Source of the DNA: an uncultured Ignavibacteriales bacterium | Lineage (GTDB): Bacteria; Zixibacteria; MSB-5A5; GN15; FEB-12 | Length of the DNA stretch: 64,000 nucleotides | Direction of reading: 5' to 3' | NCBI GenBank assembly: GCA_964557855.1 | Contig: CAZLBP010000020.1 | Coordinates: 1,454-65,453 of the forward strand | In this document: in pieces, positions 43,077 through 54,199 of the stretch | Numbering within the stretch: position 1 is the stretch's first letter | Layout: each line of letters opens with the position of its first letter | Notes under the pieces: model-generated | The model's database searches: none | What the model was told of the DNA's origin: nothing | Seen by the model: only the letters and a program-made list of their open reading frames with translations | Made by a program: the position numbers and the translations under genes

Positions 43077-43457
43077 GTGAAACTGCACGTGCTCATATTC
43101 GATGACGACTGTCCGATCTGCCGAACCGGCGTCAAGAGACTCAGGAAACGGGACACGGATAATAAAGTACATTTTATGCCTCTTTCGGAGGCTGGCGATT
43201 CTGAAGACGAGAAGCTTCCGCCCGAATCAGAACTTCGCAAAGAGATTCATTTCCTCGATGCCGGCGGTGAAGTGTACAAGGGAGTCGATGCTATTGCCGA
43301 GTTCTATCGAGTGACGGCGGGCGGACGGTTCGTGGCGGCGTTGTTGAGACTGCCCGTCGTTCACACGCTGGCCAGGTTTGTCTATCGAAGAGTGGCTGAG
43401 AATCGCCTGAAGCTGTCGCGGGCGATGGGGCTGAAGGGACACGTTCATCAGCGCTGA
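43077..43457 (+). CDS. DCC-family thiol-disulfide oxidoreductase-like protein (DUF393)
   Basis: LIFDDDCPIC (DxxCxxC) and YRRVAENR motifs; start uncertain (GTG 43077). Confidence 0.85.
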   Translation: MKLHVLIFDDDCPICRTGVKRLRKRDTDNKVHFMPLSEAGDSEDEKLPPESELRKEIHFLDAGGEVYKGVDAIAEFYRVTAGGRFVAALLRLPVVHTLARFVYRRVAENRLKLSRAMGLKGHVHQR

Positions 43458-43505
43458 ATTCACAACCTCGTCCCCGAGCTGAGCTTGGGAACGAAACCAT
43501 ACCAG

Positions 43506-45716
43506 CTAGCCGATTACTCTCAGTTTGGCGTACTTGGCCATGATTCTTTTCGGTCCGACCCCCGCGAACATGATCTCCAATACGAGCGATTCACCATAGC
43601 CCTCGACTTTGTGTATCGTCCCTCGACCGAACGTGGGATGGTGCACGACGCGGCCGGATCTGAGGGACTCGTGGCCTTCGTACTCGTAGTGCACTCCCTC
43701 GTCCACCGGCGCCGTCACGCGGGCACGGGCAGTCGAGCCCAGGAACGAACGTTGTCGTTCGATTCGCGTCGGCGGCGTTTCCGAGGTATACGTTCTGACG
43801 TCAACCGTGTCGATCAGGTCTAACGGAATTTCCTGGATGAAACGGGACGGTTTTGACTGGACCGCGCCGAAGCGATGGCGAGTGCCGGCTGCGGAGAGAC
43901 AGAGCCGTCGTTTGGCACGGGTGGCGCCGACATAGAACAGACGGCGTTCCTCCTCGAGTTCCATGGGCTGGTTGATCGTCCGGGCCAGCGGAAACAGGCC
44001 ATCCTCCAGGCCAACCAGGAAAACATAGTCAAACTCCAGTCCTTTGGCGGCGTGCAGGGTCATCAGGGTCAGCTTCTCTTCGGCCTCATCGTAGGTATCG
44101 ATATCCGTGTAGAGTGTAATCTCCGACAGGTAGTCGGCGAGTGTGGCGTGGGGATAATGCAGGGCGTATTGTGCCACGCCTTCGACGAAGGCCTGGATGT
44201 TTTCGACGCGTGTTTGACCGATAATCTCGTTTTCCGACCGGAACTCCTCGACCAGGTTGAGTTCCTTGATGAGGTCGTTCACGAGAATATCCACCGGTAC
44301 CGTTTCCTGCTTCTCGCGATATTTCTCCATGAGTTCGACAAACGGTTTGATCAGGCGTGCGGGCCGGGCGGGAATGTCATCGTAGGTACCGATCTTGAGG
44401 GCCACGTCGTACAGTGAGCAGTTTTCGCCGCGAGCGACGACGGCCAGATCGGCTACGCTCTTTTCTCCGATACCTCGTTTGGGGTAGTTGATGATGCGCT
44501 GGAAGGAGACGTCGTCCCGGCGGTTGACGATCAGCTTAAGATAGGCCATCAGATCTTTGATTTCCTTGCGTTCGTAGAAGGAGATGCCGCCGACAATCTG
44601 GTAGGGGAGCGCCTGTCGCCGCAGGTGTTCCTCGAAGGCGCGCGACTGGGCGTTGGTACGGTACAGAATGACCATGTCCTTAAGCGAGAAGTTGGCCTGC
44701 TCCTGCCGTATCCGGGCGATAACATGATGCGCCTCATCGTCGGCGGTATCGACCAGCATAAGCGTAAGACGGTCGCCGCCGGGCCGCCGGCTGCGCAGAG
44801 TTTTGGCTTTGCGCGCCTGGTTGCAGCTGATAACCTTGGAGGCCGCCCGGAGGATGACGTCGGTGGAACGATAATTCTCCTCGAGCTTGATAACCTGCGC
44901 ACCAGGGAAGTCGTTCTCGAAATCGAGGATATTGCGAATGTCGGCGCCGCGCCAGCCGTAAATGGACTGGTCTTCGTCGCCGACAACACAGATGTTGTTG
45001 TGAGTACCGAGCAGTTCCTTCAGCAACAGGTACTGCACGTGATTCGTGTCCTGATATTCATCGACCATCAGGTATCTGAACCGGCTCCGATACTTAATCC
45101 CAATATCCGTGTTCTTCTTCAGCACGGAGACCGTATTAAACAGCAGGTCATCGAAATCCATAGCGTTGCATTCCCGGAGCCGCTTCTGGTACAGGCGGTA
45201 CAAATTCGCGGCGCCTTCCTCCCAATGCCCCGTGGCCGTGCGGGCGAATTCAGCCGGACCGATGAACTGATTCTTGGCATTCGATATCTTGCGGAGTTGA
45301 GCCTTGGGTGGAAACTGGTCTTTGCTCATGCCCATCTCTTTCAGGCAGTTCTTCATGAGCGTCTCCGAATCAGCCGAATCATATATAATGTAATCGGAAT
45401 CGTACCCCAGGGCATCAGCTTCCGTACGCAACAGCCGGGCGCAAAAGGAATGAAACGTGGAAACACTGAGATCACGAACCTCCGTTCCCAGCAGGTGTTC
45501 GATACGGTCTTTCATCTCCCCGGCGGCTTTGTTGGTGAAAGTTACCGCGAGTACCTGGTACGGTTCGCCCAGCCGTTCGGTCAGAACGTAGGCGACCCGT
45601 CGAGTGAGGACGCGCGTCTTGCCCGAACCGGCTCCGGCAATGACCAACAATGGACCTTCGGTCGTCGATACCGCCTGCAGTTGAGCCTCGTTGAGATTTT
45701 GCAGAAGTCTGTTCAT
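43506..45716 (-). CDS. pcrA: ATP-dependent DNA helicase PcrA/UvrD
   Basis: AGAGSGKT, VDEYQDTN, LEENYRST, TLHAAKGLEF and EEERRLFYVGATRA motifs; C-terminal HPTFGRG Tudor-like domain. Confidence 0.93.
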   Translation of the reverse strand: MNRLLQNLNEAQLQAVSTTEGPLLVIAGAGSGKTRVLTRRVAYVLTERLGEPYQVLAVTFTNKAAGEMKDRIEHLLGTEVRDLSVSTFHSFCARLLRTEADALGYDSDYIIYDSADSETLMKNCLKEMGMSKDQFPPKAQLRKISNAKNQFIGPAEFARTATGHWEEGAANLYRLYQKRLRECNAMDFDDLLFNTVSVLKKNTDIGIKYRSRFRYLMVDEYQDTNHVQYLLLKELLGTHNNICVVGDEDQSIYGWRGADIRNILDFENDFPGAQVIKLEENYRSTDVILRAASKVISCNQARKAKTLRSRRPGGDRLTLMLVDTADDEAHHVIARIRQEQANFSLKDMVILYRTNAQSRAFEEHLRRQALPYQIVGGISFYERKEIKDLMAYLKLIVNRRDDVSFQRIINYPKRGIGEKSVADLAVVARGENCSLYDVALKIGTYDDIPARPARLIKPFVELMEKYREKQETVPVDILVNDLIKELNLVEEFRSENEIIGQTRVENIQAFVEGVAQYALHYPHATLADYLSEITLYTDIDTYDEAEEKLTLMTLHAAKGLEFDYVFLVGLEDGLFPLARTINQPMELEEERRLFYVGATRAKRRLCLSAAGTRHRFGAVQSKPSRFIQEIPLDLIDTVDVRTYTSETPPTRIERQRSFLGSTARARVTAPVDEGVHYEYEGHESLRSGRVVHHPTFGRGTIHKVEGYGESLVLEIMFAGVGPKRIMAKYAKLRVIG

Positions 45717-45841
45717 AGTGTCGCCACGAATATAGGCGACATCGGTAAGAATGCAATCGATAAAGTAGATTTGGCTTGTATCGGAGCCAGTTCTTTGACA
45801 TATTCCCCTCAGAGTACTAATCACAATCGAAAGGAATCACA

Positions 45842-46489
45842 ATGAACATCATCATGAGAAACATCAGCCCTGGTTTGTTCGCGCTGTGTCTGGCAGTCAT
45901 CGGATGGGCCGGTGAAAAGGAAGAGGGGACACCGTCTTTCGATCCGATGGCCATGCTGGGCAAGATGCAGTCGCAACAGTCTGCCCCGGCCATTGATTGG
46001 AATAAGCTGGCCGAGTTCTTGCCGAAGGAAATCGAGGGCATGGAGGCCGGGGACCTCGATGGCGGCACATTCTCGATGAGCAGTCCGACCAATCCGGGGG
46101 AGAAAATGAGTCACTCCAATGTGGAGCGGAGGTTTACTCAGAAAACCAAGGAAGGGAGGAAGAGTATCAAGTTTTCCATTATGGATTCCGGATTCAATCA
46201 GATGCTGCTGGCGCCCTTTACCATGAATATGGAATACGATTCCCCCGACGGGTATATGAAGTGGACCGAGATCGACGGACGCAAATCATCGTTGATGGTT
46301 GAAAAGGATGACGGCGAAGTCGAGCAAGTGCAAGTGCTGACAATCGTTTCCGAGCGGCTGGTCGTGATGGTCGAGGGCAACGAGCGGACATCGGTGGAAG
46401 AAATCACGGATATCGCCGCTTCGATTGATTACGACGGGTTGGCGGAGTTAGCCTCAGTGCAGGTGAAGGAAGAAAAGACGGAAGAGTAG
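45842..46489 (+). CDS. Hypothetical exported protein
   Basis: AAGGA RBS; signal-like N-terminus; acidic 215-aa ORF filling the gap between pcrA and rpmA. Confidence 0.75.
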   Translation: MNIIMRNISPGLFALCLAVIGWAGEKEEGTPSFDPMAMLGKMQSQQSAPAIDWNKLAEFLPKEIEGMEAGDLDGGTFSMSSPTNPGEKMSHSNVERRFTQKTKEGRKSIKFSIMDSGFNQMLLAPFTMNMEYDSPDGYMKWTEIDGRKSSLMVEKDDGEVEQVQVLTIVSERLVVMVEGNERTSVEEITDIAASIDYDGLAELASVQVKEEKTEE

Positions 46490-46539
46490 TCATAAAAGAA
46501 CCGCCGCTTCAACAGCGCCGGTTCGACAAGAATCTCGAC

Positions 46540-46570
46540 AAGTCAGAACGGATCCGTTCTGACTTTTTTT
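46540..46570. terminator. Terminator hairpin between convergent genes
   Basis: AAGTCAGAACGG-AT-CCGTTCTGACTT plus T-tract. Confidence 0.8.
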
Positions 46571-46820
46571 ATTCGTACACCGAAACTTGCTTGCGGTCGC
46601 GTCCGATGCGTTCGTACTTGACCACGCCGGTGATCTTGGCGAAAAGCGTGCAGTCTTTGCCGACACCGACGTTGTAGCCGGGCTTGATTTTGGTGCCGCA
46701 CTGACGAACGATAATGGAGCCGGCCGGTACAGCCTGGCCGCTGTATATTTTGGTGCCTCGTCGCTGGCCGTTCGAGTCCCGGCCGTTCTTCGAAGAACCA
46801 ACACCTTTCTTATGTGCCAT
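46569..46820 (-). CDS. rpmA: 50S ribosomal protein L27
   Basis: [16 protein letters not shown]...[11 protein letters not shown]...[12 protein letters not shown]. Confidence 0.98.
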   Translation of the reverse strand: MAHKKGVGSSKNGRDSNGQRRGTKIYSGQAVPAGSIIVRQCGTKIKPGYNVGVGKDCTLFAKITGVVKYERIGRDRKQVSVYE

Positions 46821-47131
46821 CTGAATCCTCTATTTCAGTTACCGTTTTCGATACTCACCAGACAAGAACACGCTTGCCTGACATATAGTTTCGACAGCTC
46901 ACCAGTATAATCAATCTTTCGGGAAAGGCAAGAGGAAATTGGCGGGGGGCAGGTCCCGCCGGAGATTGCAGTAGCCCGGAACTACTTCGCCCGCCAAACG
47001 CGGAAACAAGCCTTGTCAGAGCAGTTCCTGGAACAAGCAGAAGGGTGAATCTGGATAACCACCCGCTGGGTCAGCAACTGATTCATAAATGCGTGAATTA
47101 TTCGGCGTAAGAATGGGCAATCTCATACCCG

Positions 47132-49087
<1,956 letters not shown>

Positions 49088-49199
49088 GCGTTTGTTCTTC
49101 TACATACGGATTGATTTGATAACTACAGGAAGATACGCAATGCACGCAGTACGCGCAAGCACATTATGGTTCTGGTGGGTCCATGTGTCTAAATCACCC

Positions 49200-49525
49200 C
49201 TGCCGCCGGCAGTCGAGATGGCCGAAGGGCGGGCTGTATTTGATTTGTGCCGTCGGGCGACTCTGCCCGACTGTACCATTGCTGTCTGACAGGGTGGGGC
49301 TGGCTCATAAGTGGCGAATCGGCACCAAGGATTGCCGACTGCGCCCTCCCCGCGTAGGTGCGGCCTTGCGCCGCCCCGACTTACCGGATCGGCGGGGACG
49401 AGCTCCGCCTCTACGCGATTCAAAGATCGACTTGAATGTTGCGTCGGGTCCTGTCCCACCGACAGTGGGATGCGACCTGACGTTCCTCAATTGTAGGTCG
49501 GAACCCTTGCGGTTCCGACCCTTCT
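49200..49525. repeat. Dense cluster of REP-like palindromes
   Basis: GTCGGGC..GCCCGAC; GTAGGTGCGG..; ..CCGCCTCTAC; family A copy at 49438-49482 (reverse); GTAGGTCGGAACC-CTTGC-GGTTCCGACC at 49493. Confidence 0.7.
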
Positions 49526-49527
49526 GT

Positions 49528-49734
49528 CTATTTCACCGGCAAGACATGTATGGCCTTCACAACCAGCGTCACCTCGTCACCCTCCTTGAGAGCCAGATGC
49601 TCCGCCGATTCCGTCGTGAGAACCGAAGCCATTTGGGTCGGCGAGGTTATTTCAAATTTCACCAGGGACATGACGTCACCTTTCTTTACCGATGTGACGC
49701 GGGCTTTGATCTCGTTGCGGGCGCCGTATTTCAT
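49528..49734 (-). CDS. TOBE-domain molybdate-binding protein (Mop/molbindin-like)
   Basis: MKYGARNEIKARVTSVKKGDVMSLV...SVLT...L.LKEGDEV..VVKA; AAGGAGG RBS. Confidence 0.9.
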   Translation of the reverse strand: MKYGARNEIKARVTSVKKGDVMSLVKFEITSPTQMASVLTTESAEHLALKEGDEVTLVVKAIHVLPVK

Positions 49735-49879
49735 TTCTTCCTCCTTGTTTATCATTGCACTATGTTGTATTCCTGTACTTGTGACGCATCTGCCCGAACT
49801 GCGAAGATGCACAATTACTTGCGCCGATGCCAGCCTTTCTTGTAAGGCTGCCTCGACCTGAATACGTAGCGAGAACGGG

Positions 49880-50281
49880 ATGGACACCCAAAGCCCGGTT
49901 TTGGCCACAGACATAATTATCGAGTTTCCCGACGGCGAGATCATTTTGATCGAGCGCAAGTTCGACCCCTTCAAGGGTCAGTGGGCCATCCCGGGCGGAA
50001 TGGTGGAAATAGGCGAAACCGTTGAGCAGGCCGCGGTGCGCGAGGCCAAAGAAGAGACCGGGCTGGACGTAAAACTCGACCGGCTCGTCGGAGTTTACTC
50101 CGACCCCAAACGCGATCCGCGCGGACACGTCGTATCTATCGTCTACCACGCCACACCTGTCGGAGGGGCTATGAAGGCCGACACCGACGCTGCCGATATC
50201 CGCCGAACGGCTGACTACCACACCCTGCCGCTGGCCTTTGATCACTCGCGGATACTCAAGGACGCATTCCTCATACGCTAG
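49880..50281 (+). CDS. NUDIX hydrolase
   Basis: GGMVEIGETVEQAAVREAKEETG Nudix box; RDPRGH; LAFDH. Confidence 0.95.
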   Translation: MDTQSPVLATDIIIEFPDGEIILIERKFDPFKGQWAIPGGMVEIGETVEQAAVREAKEETGLDVKLDRLVGVYSDPKRDPRGHVVSIVYHATPVGGAMKADTDAADIRRTADYHTLPLAFDHSRILKDAFLIR

Positions 50282-50423
50282 GGATTGCTGTCCCTGCCTC
50301 TGAACCGACGGTAGCTCTCCTCATCGCCTTTCGTTTGGGAATCTGTCGCAATTTCAGGTCGTGAACTGAGTTGTCCCTGCGTTTTTATGCTGCGTGTATG
50401 GACGATTCGCCTTATTGTAGGGC

Positions 50424-51233
50424 ATGAATCAGAAAGCACCCATCGGTATATTCGACTCGGGCGTGGGGGGATTGACGGTCTTCCGCGAAGTAATTCGGCT
50501 GCTGCCGAAGGAAGACATCGTCTATTTCGGCGACGTCGGCCGGTATCCGTACGGCGGCCGCTCCAAAGAGATCATCACCAAGTTCACCCGGCAGGACATC
50601 GCCTTCCTGCAGGAGCATCAGGTCAAGTTCATTATCTGCGCCTGCAATTCGGCCTCGTCGGTGGCGCTGGACGAAGTCGCCGGCGACTACGAGCTCGACA
50701 TTATCGGCGTCATCGAGCCCGGCGCCCGCGCCGCCACGGAACGCACCACCAACGGCCGAATCGGCGTCGTCGGCACCCAGGCCACGATAGGTTCCAATGC
50801 CTATGCCCGCGTGATACACACGATCGATCCCGGGCTGAAAGTCTTTTCCCTGGCCTGTCCGCTTTTCGTACCCCTGGCCGAGGAGGGCTACACCGACAAG
50901 GAAGCCACCTACCTCATCGCCCGCGACTACCTGCAGACGATGCACGACGTGGACATTGACACCCTCGTTTTGGGCTGCACGCATTATCCGCTCCTCAAGC
51001 GCGTGATCAGTGAGGTCATGGGAGACGCCGTCACACTTATCGACAGCGGCGAAGAAACGGCGAAGGTCGCCCGCGATCAACTCCGTCACGCCAACCTGCT
51101 GTCGGAGTCCTCATCCGATGCCCTGCACAACTTCTACGTCTCCGACGTCCCGGAGAAATTCTCCTCGATCGCGATGCGGTTTTTGGGACGGCACATAGAT
51201 AAGATAACGCGGGTGGATATAAGTGAGTATTGA
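50424..51233 (+). CDS. murI: Glutamate racemase
   Basis: FDSGVGGLTV, ACNSAS and LGCTHYP motifs. Confidence 0.96.
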   Translation: MNQKAPIGIFDSGVGGLTVFREVIRLLPKEDIVYFGDVGRYPYGGRSKEIITKFTRQDIAFLQEHQVKFIICACNSASSVALDEVAGDYELDIIGVIEPGARAATERTTNGRIGVVGTQATIGSNAYARVIHTIDPGLKVFSLACPLFVPLAEEGYTDKEATYLIARDYLQTMHDVDIDTLVLGCTHYPLLKRVISEVMGDAVTLIDSGEETAKVARDQLRHANLLSESSSDALHNFYVSDVPEKFSSIAMRFLGRHIDKITRVDISEY

Positions 51234-51250
51234 ACGACTCCACTCACTCC

Positions 51251-51350
51251 GTCATTCCTGCTTCCTATTTGTCATTCCCGCTTCCTATTTGTCATTTCCG
51301 CGCATGCGGGAATCCAGTCTACCGTAGGGACAGGTCGCGACCTGTCTGCC
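51251..51350. repeat. Family C element with tandem 20-nt halves plus GTAG REP (left arm of the inverted repeat around tRNA-Lys)
   Basis: GTCATTCCTGCTTCCTATTT / GTCATTCCCGCTTCCTATTT / GTCATTTCCGCGCATGCGGGAATCCAG, then GTAGGGACAGGTCGCGACCTGTC. Confidence 0.8.
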
Positions 51351-51595
51351 ATAGGTCACTCCAATTCGAGGCCTGACAAATCACGTGTAACCGGAATCTC
51401 CGATCCCGGTGAGAGACCCGGACCGCGGCCACTACAGGACCACCACAAAAACTGCCCAATTTCCCTGCAACGCTTGTATACCCCACACCAGGAATCATAC
51501 AATTCTACTCGATTCTCCAAACGCACCGATTTTCGCTATCAAAACACAACCGATTCTGCAAAACGAACCCATTTTCGCCAACAAAAGATCGCAGT

Positions 51596-51742
51596 TCAGT
51601 CCAAATCCGCCACCGGAATTTCGGCCCTCTCGGGAATGGAACGCAGATAGATATCGCTTGAGGTTCCCTTGAAGACCGTGGCACAACCGCAGTTCAGAAA
51701 AGCGATAACAGTTACTACTGTCCATATGCGCATGTTCTTCAT
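51596..51742 (-). pseudogene. Truncated lipoprotein gene (start of a PEGA-like domain), 48 aa
   Basis: AAAGGA RBS; MKNMRIWTVVTVIAFLNCGCATVFKGTSSDIYLRSIPERAEIPVADLD*. Confidence 0.6.
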
Positions 51743-51906
51743 TCTGGGTTCCTTTCCCTGTACAATGTTGTGGCGAGTATACGGTAAACCGGATCCTCAA
51801 TCAACAACGGTACCCCACCTGACAGGTGGCTTGGGATTCGCGTTTGGCAATGTTGAACGAAGAGCCCACCCGTTGCAGGGGCTGCTGATCTGACTGGACA
51901 AAAAAA

Positions 51907-51978
51907 TGAGGGTGGATGGGATCGAACCATCGACACCCTGCTTAAAAGGCAGGTGCTCTACCACTGAGCTACACCCCC
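51907..51978 (-). tRNA. tRNA-Lys (TTT), CCA not encoded
   Basis: GGGGGTGTAGCTCAGTGGTAGAGCACCTGCC-TTT-TAAGCAGGGTGTCGATGGTTCGATCCCATCCACCCTCA forms a cloverleaf with anticodon loop CTTTTAA. Confidence 0.95.
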
Positions 51979-51992
51979 AGTACGAAACTGGT

Positions 51993-52172
51993 TGTCGGAA
52001 CCACAGGGGATTCCGACCTACGTTGTCGAAACCCGAAGCGGGATTCGACCTTCTTCTCCAAACGAGTTTGGAGTTGTCATCCGTTGGGCGGACAGGTCGC
52101 GACCTGTCCTTACGGAAGACCGGATTCCCGCCCGCCGGAGGCGGACCTAAACGGCTCTAGCGGGAATGACAA
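51993..52172. repeat. REP-like cluster and right arm of the inverted repeat around tRNA-Lys
   Basis: GTCGGAACC..GATTCCGACCTAC; GTCGAAACCC..GGGATTCGAC; GGACAGGTCGCGACCTGTCCTTAC; GGATTCCCGC...GCGGGAATGACAA. Confidence 0.75.
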
Positions 52173-53301
52173 GGCTGGACCACCGCGAGCGGTGGGTCAC
52201 CCGGACCTTCATAATACCGCATGACTCCCGAATGTCAACCGGTTTTTCCGGAAACGGCAGTTCCGAGAACCGCTTCGATGAGTACCAACCGAGACTCTTG
52301 CTCAATCGTTCCAGATCTTCGTATTGGCCGATCAAAACGAGGATATCGCCCGCGTTCAGTACTGTGTTCGGACCGGGCGTTATTATCATCTCTTTGTCGA
52401 CCTTTTTCATGCCGATAACAGTCAGGCCGTATTCCTGTTTCAGCTTCGATTCGATCAGCGTCTGACCATCCAGAGGAGAATTCTTCGGAATGACTATCTC
52501 CTCAATTGTCAGCCCTCCCTGTCCCAGCGACGTCGTATGCATGAAATCGACCACGTTGGGACGCAGTGACGCCATCGCCATGCGCTGGCCGCCGAGAACG
52601 TGCGGTGAAACCACATGATTGGCGCCGGCCCGCCTCAGCTTCTTCTCCCCGTCTTCATAGTCGGCGCGGGCAATGATGTGGAGATTCTTGTTCATATCAC
52701 GGACGGTCAGCGTCAGGTAGACGTTGTGGGCCTCGCCGGGCAGGGTGGAGATAAGAGTCCGCGCCGAGTCGATACCGGCCATCCGCCGAGTATCGTCATC
52801 GGTGGCGTTGCCCCGGATGAAGAGTTGGCCCTCGTCGGTCAAGCGGTGCGCCGCTTCCTCGGTCTGATCGATCACGACAAACGGGATCTTCCTCTTGATG
52901 TATTCGTCGGCGACCTGCCGACCGACCCGGCCGTAACCGGCCAGAATATGGTGATTCGAAAGTTTCCGAATTCGGCTGTCCATTTTTCTCCTTCCCAGTA
53001 TAGCGCGTAACTGCCCATCGACGACGATTTGCCCGATGACCGAAGCGATAAAAGCCCCGTTGGCAATGCTGAACAGAATCAAGAAGATGACAAAGACACG
53101 GCCCTCGGGATGCAGCGGACGGATTTCGCCGGATCCAACCGTAGACAATGTGATGACGGTCATGTACAGCGCGTTGAGTGGTGACATCCGTTCGAGGATT
53201 ATAAATCAGATCGTGCCGATCGTGACGATGACGGTCATGACGACCAGCGCCGCTTTGAGCTTGTCCATCGGCGACAATTGTCGTCGCTCCAATTCAGCCA
53301 T
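52147..53301 (-). pseudogene. Interrupted 2TM potassium channel with RCK (TrkA-N/TrkA-C) domains
   Basis: MAELERRQLSPMDKLKAALVVMTVIVTIGTI*FIILERMSPLNALY... with in-frame TGA at 53206-53208; filter TVGSG; GYGRVG; C-terminus runs on into the REP cluster. Confidence 0.8.
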
Positions 53302-53386
53302 TACGGAATAAAATGTAAGAGATTGATCAGGTCATTTCTAGAAAAAAGTTGCTGGCTCTACGCGCAAGATGGGACGATTACACGGT

Positions 53387-54151
53387 CTAATTCAATTCCC
53401 CGATCAGCCGCAGGCCCTCGAGAGTCAGGGTCGGAGATACGATCTTGATATGCCGCGAGTGCTTCTCAATCCCCGCCGCAAGGCCGCCGGTGGCCAGAAC
53501 CGTACAGTGGTCAAACCCGCATTCTTCCAGAATGCGGTCCATGATATAATCGATCTGTCCGATTGTACCGTAGAACAGACCGGACTTGAGCGCGTCGGCG
53601 GTCGAGCGCCCCACCACTGATTTCGGCTCTCCGAAACCTACTTCAAAAAGCCGGGCGGCCCGCCTGGCCAGTTCGGCCATTGAAGTTTCCGGTCCGGGCA
53701 GAAGAACACCCCCGATGTACGCATTGTTGCCGTCCACGACGTCGAAATTCGTGGCGGTGCCGAAATCGACCACTATGGCCGGTCCGCCGTATTGAGCGTG
53801 AACCGCCACGGCATTCGCAATGCGATCCGCACCGACCTGCTCGGGGTGGTCGATATCTATGCGTATGGGCAGACGGAGATCGTGCGTGACCAATACCGGT
53901 CGACAACCGAAATACTTGTTGACGGCCTGTTGGAAGGTCTGGGTGAGCGAGGGTACCACCGAACTGAGCACGACCTTTTCTATTGACGATGGCGAAACAT
54001 CATTCCGTTCGAGGATTTCGACAATGGATACTCCAATCTCGTCAGCCGTGGTCAGAGTCGGAGTCGATCTGCGAAAGTCAGCTTTCAGGGAGTCGTTCTC
54101 GAAAACGCCCAGGCTGATATTAGTATTGCCGACATCTATCGCAAGCAGCAT
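53387..54151 (-). CDS. coaX: Type III pantothenate kinase
   Basis: IDVGNTN, SSVVP, VGADR, VDFGTAT, ATGG and LTLEGL motifs. Confidence 0.96.
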   Translation of the reverse strand: MLLAIDVGNTNISLGVFENDSLKADFRRSTPTLTTADEIGVSIVEILERNDVSPSSIEKVVLSSVVPSLTQTFQQAVNKYFGCRPVLVTHDLRLPIRIDIDHPEQVGADRIANAVAVHAQYGGPAIVVDFGTATNFDVVDGNNAYIGGVLLPGPETSMAELARRAARLFEVGFGEPKSVVGRSTADALKSGLFYGTIGQIDYIMDRILEECGFDHCTVLATGGLAAGIEKHSRHIKIVSPTLTLEGLRLIGELN

Positions 54152-54199
54152 GGGCTTAATATACGGAACGGACCGCTCTTGAAGTACTGTTATTTCGTC

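Noticed and set aside
49735..49974. N-terminal extension of the TOBE ORF to 148 aa
   Set aside because: It overlaps the NUDIX gene, and a strong RBS supports the start at 49734
51251..51318. Possible CRISPR mini-array
   Set aside because: The 20-nt units are directly tandem with no unique spacers, and no cas genes are present
51907..51978. tRNA with an Ala-like 5' end and Lys anticodon (possible mis-acylated tRNA)
   Set aside because: The wobble pair is G2-U71, not the G3-U70 alanine determinant; consistent with an ordinary tRNA-Lys
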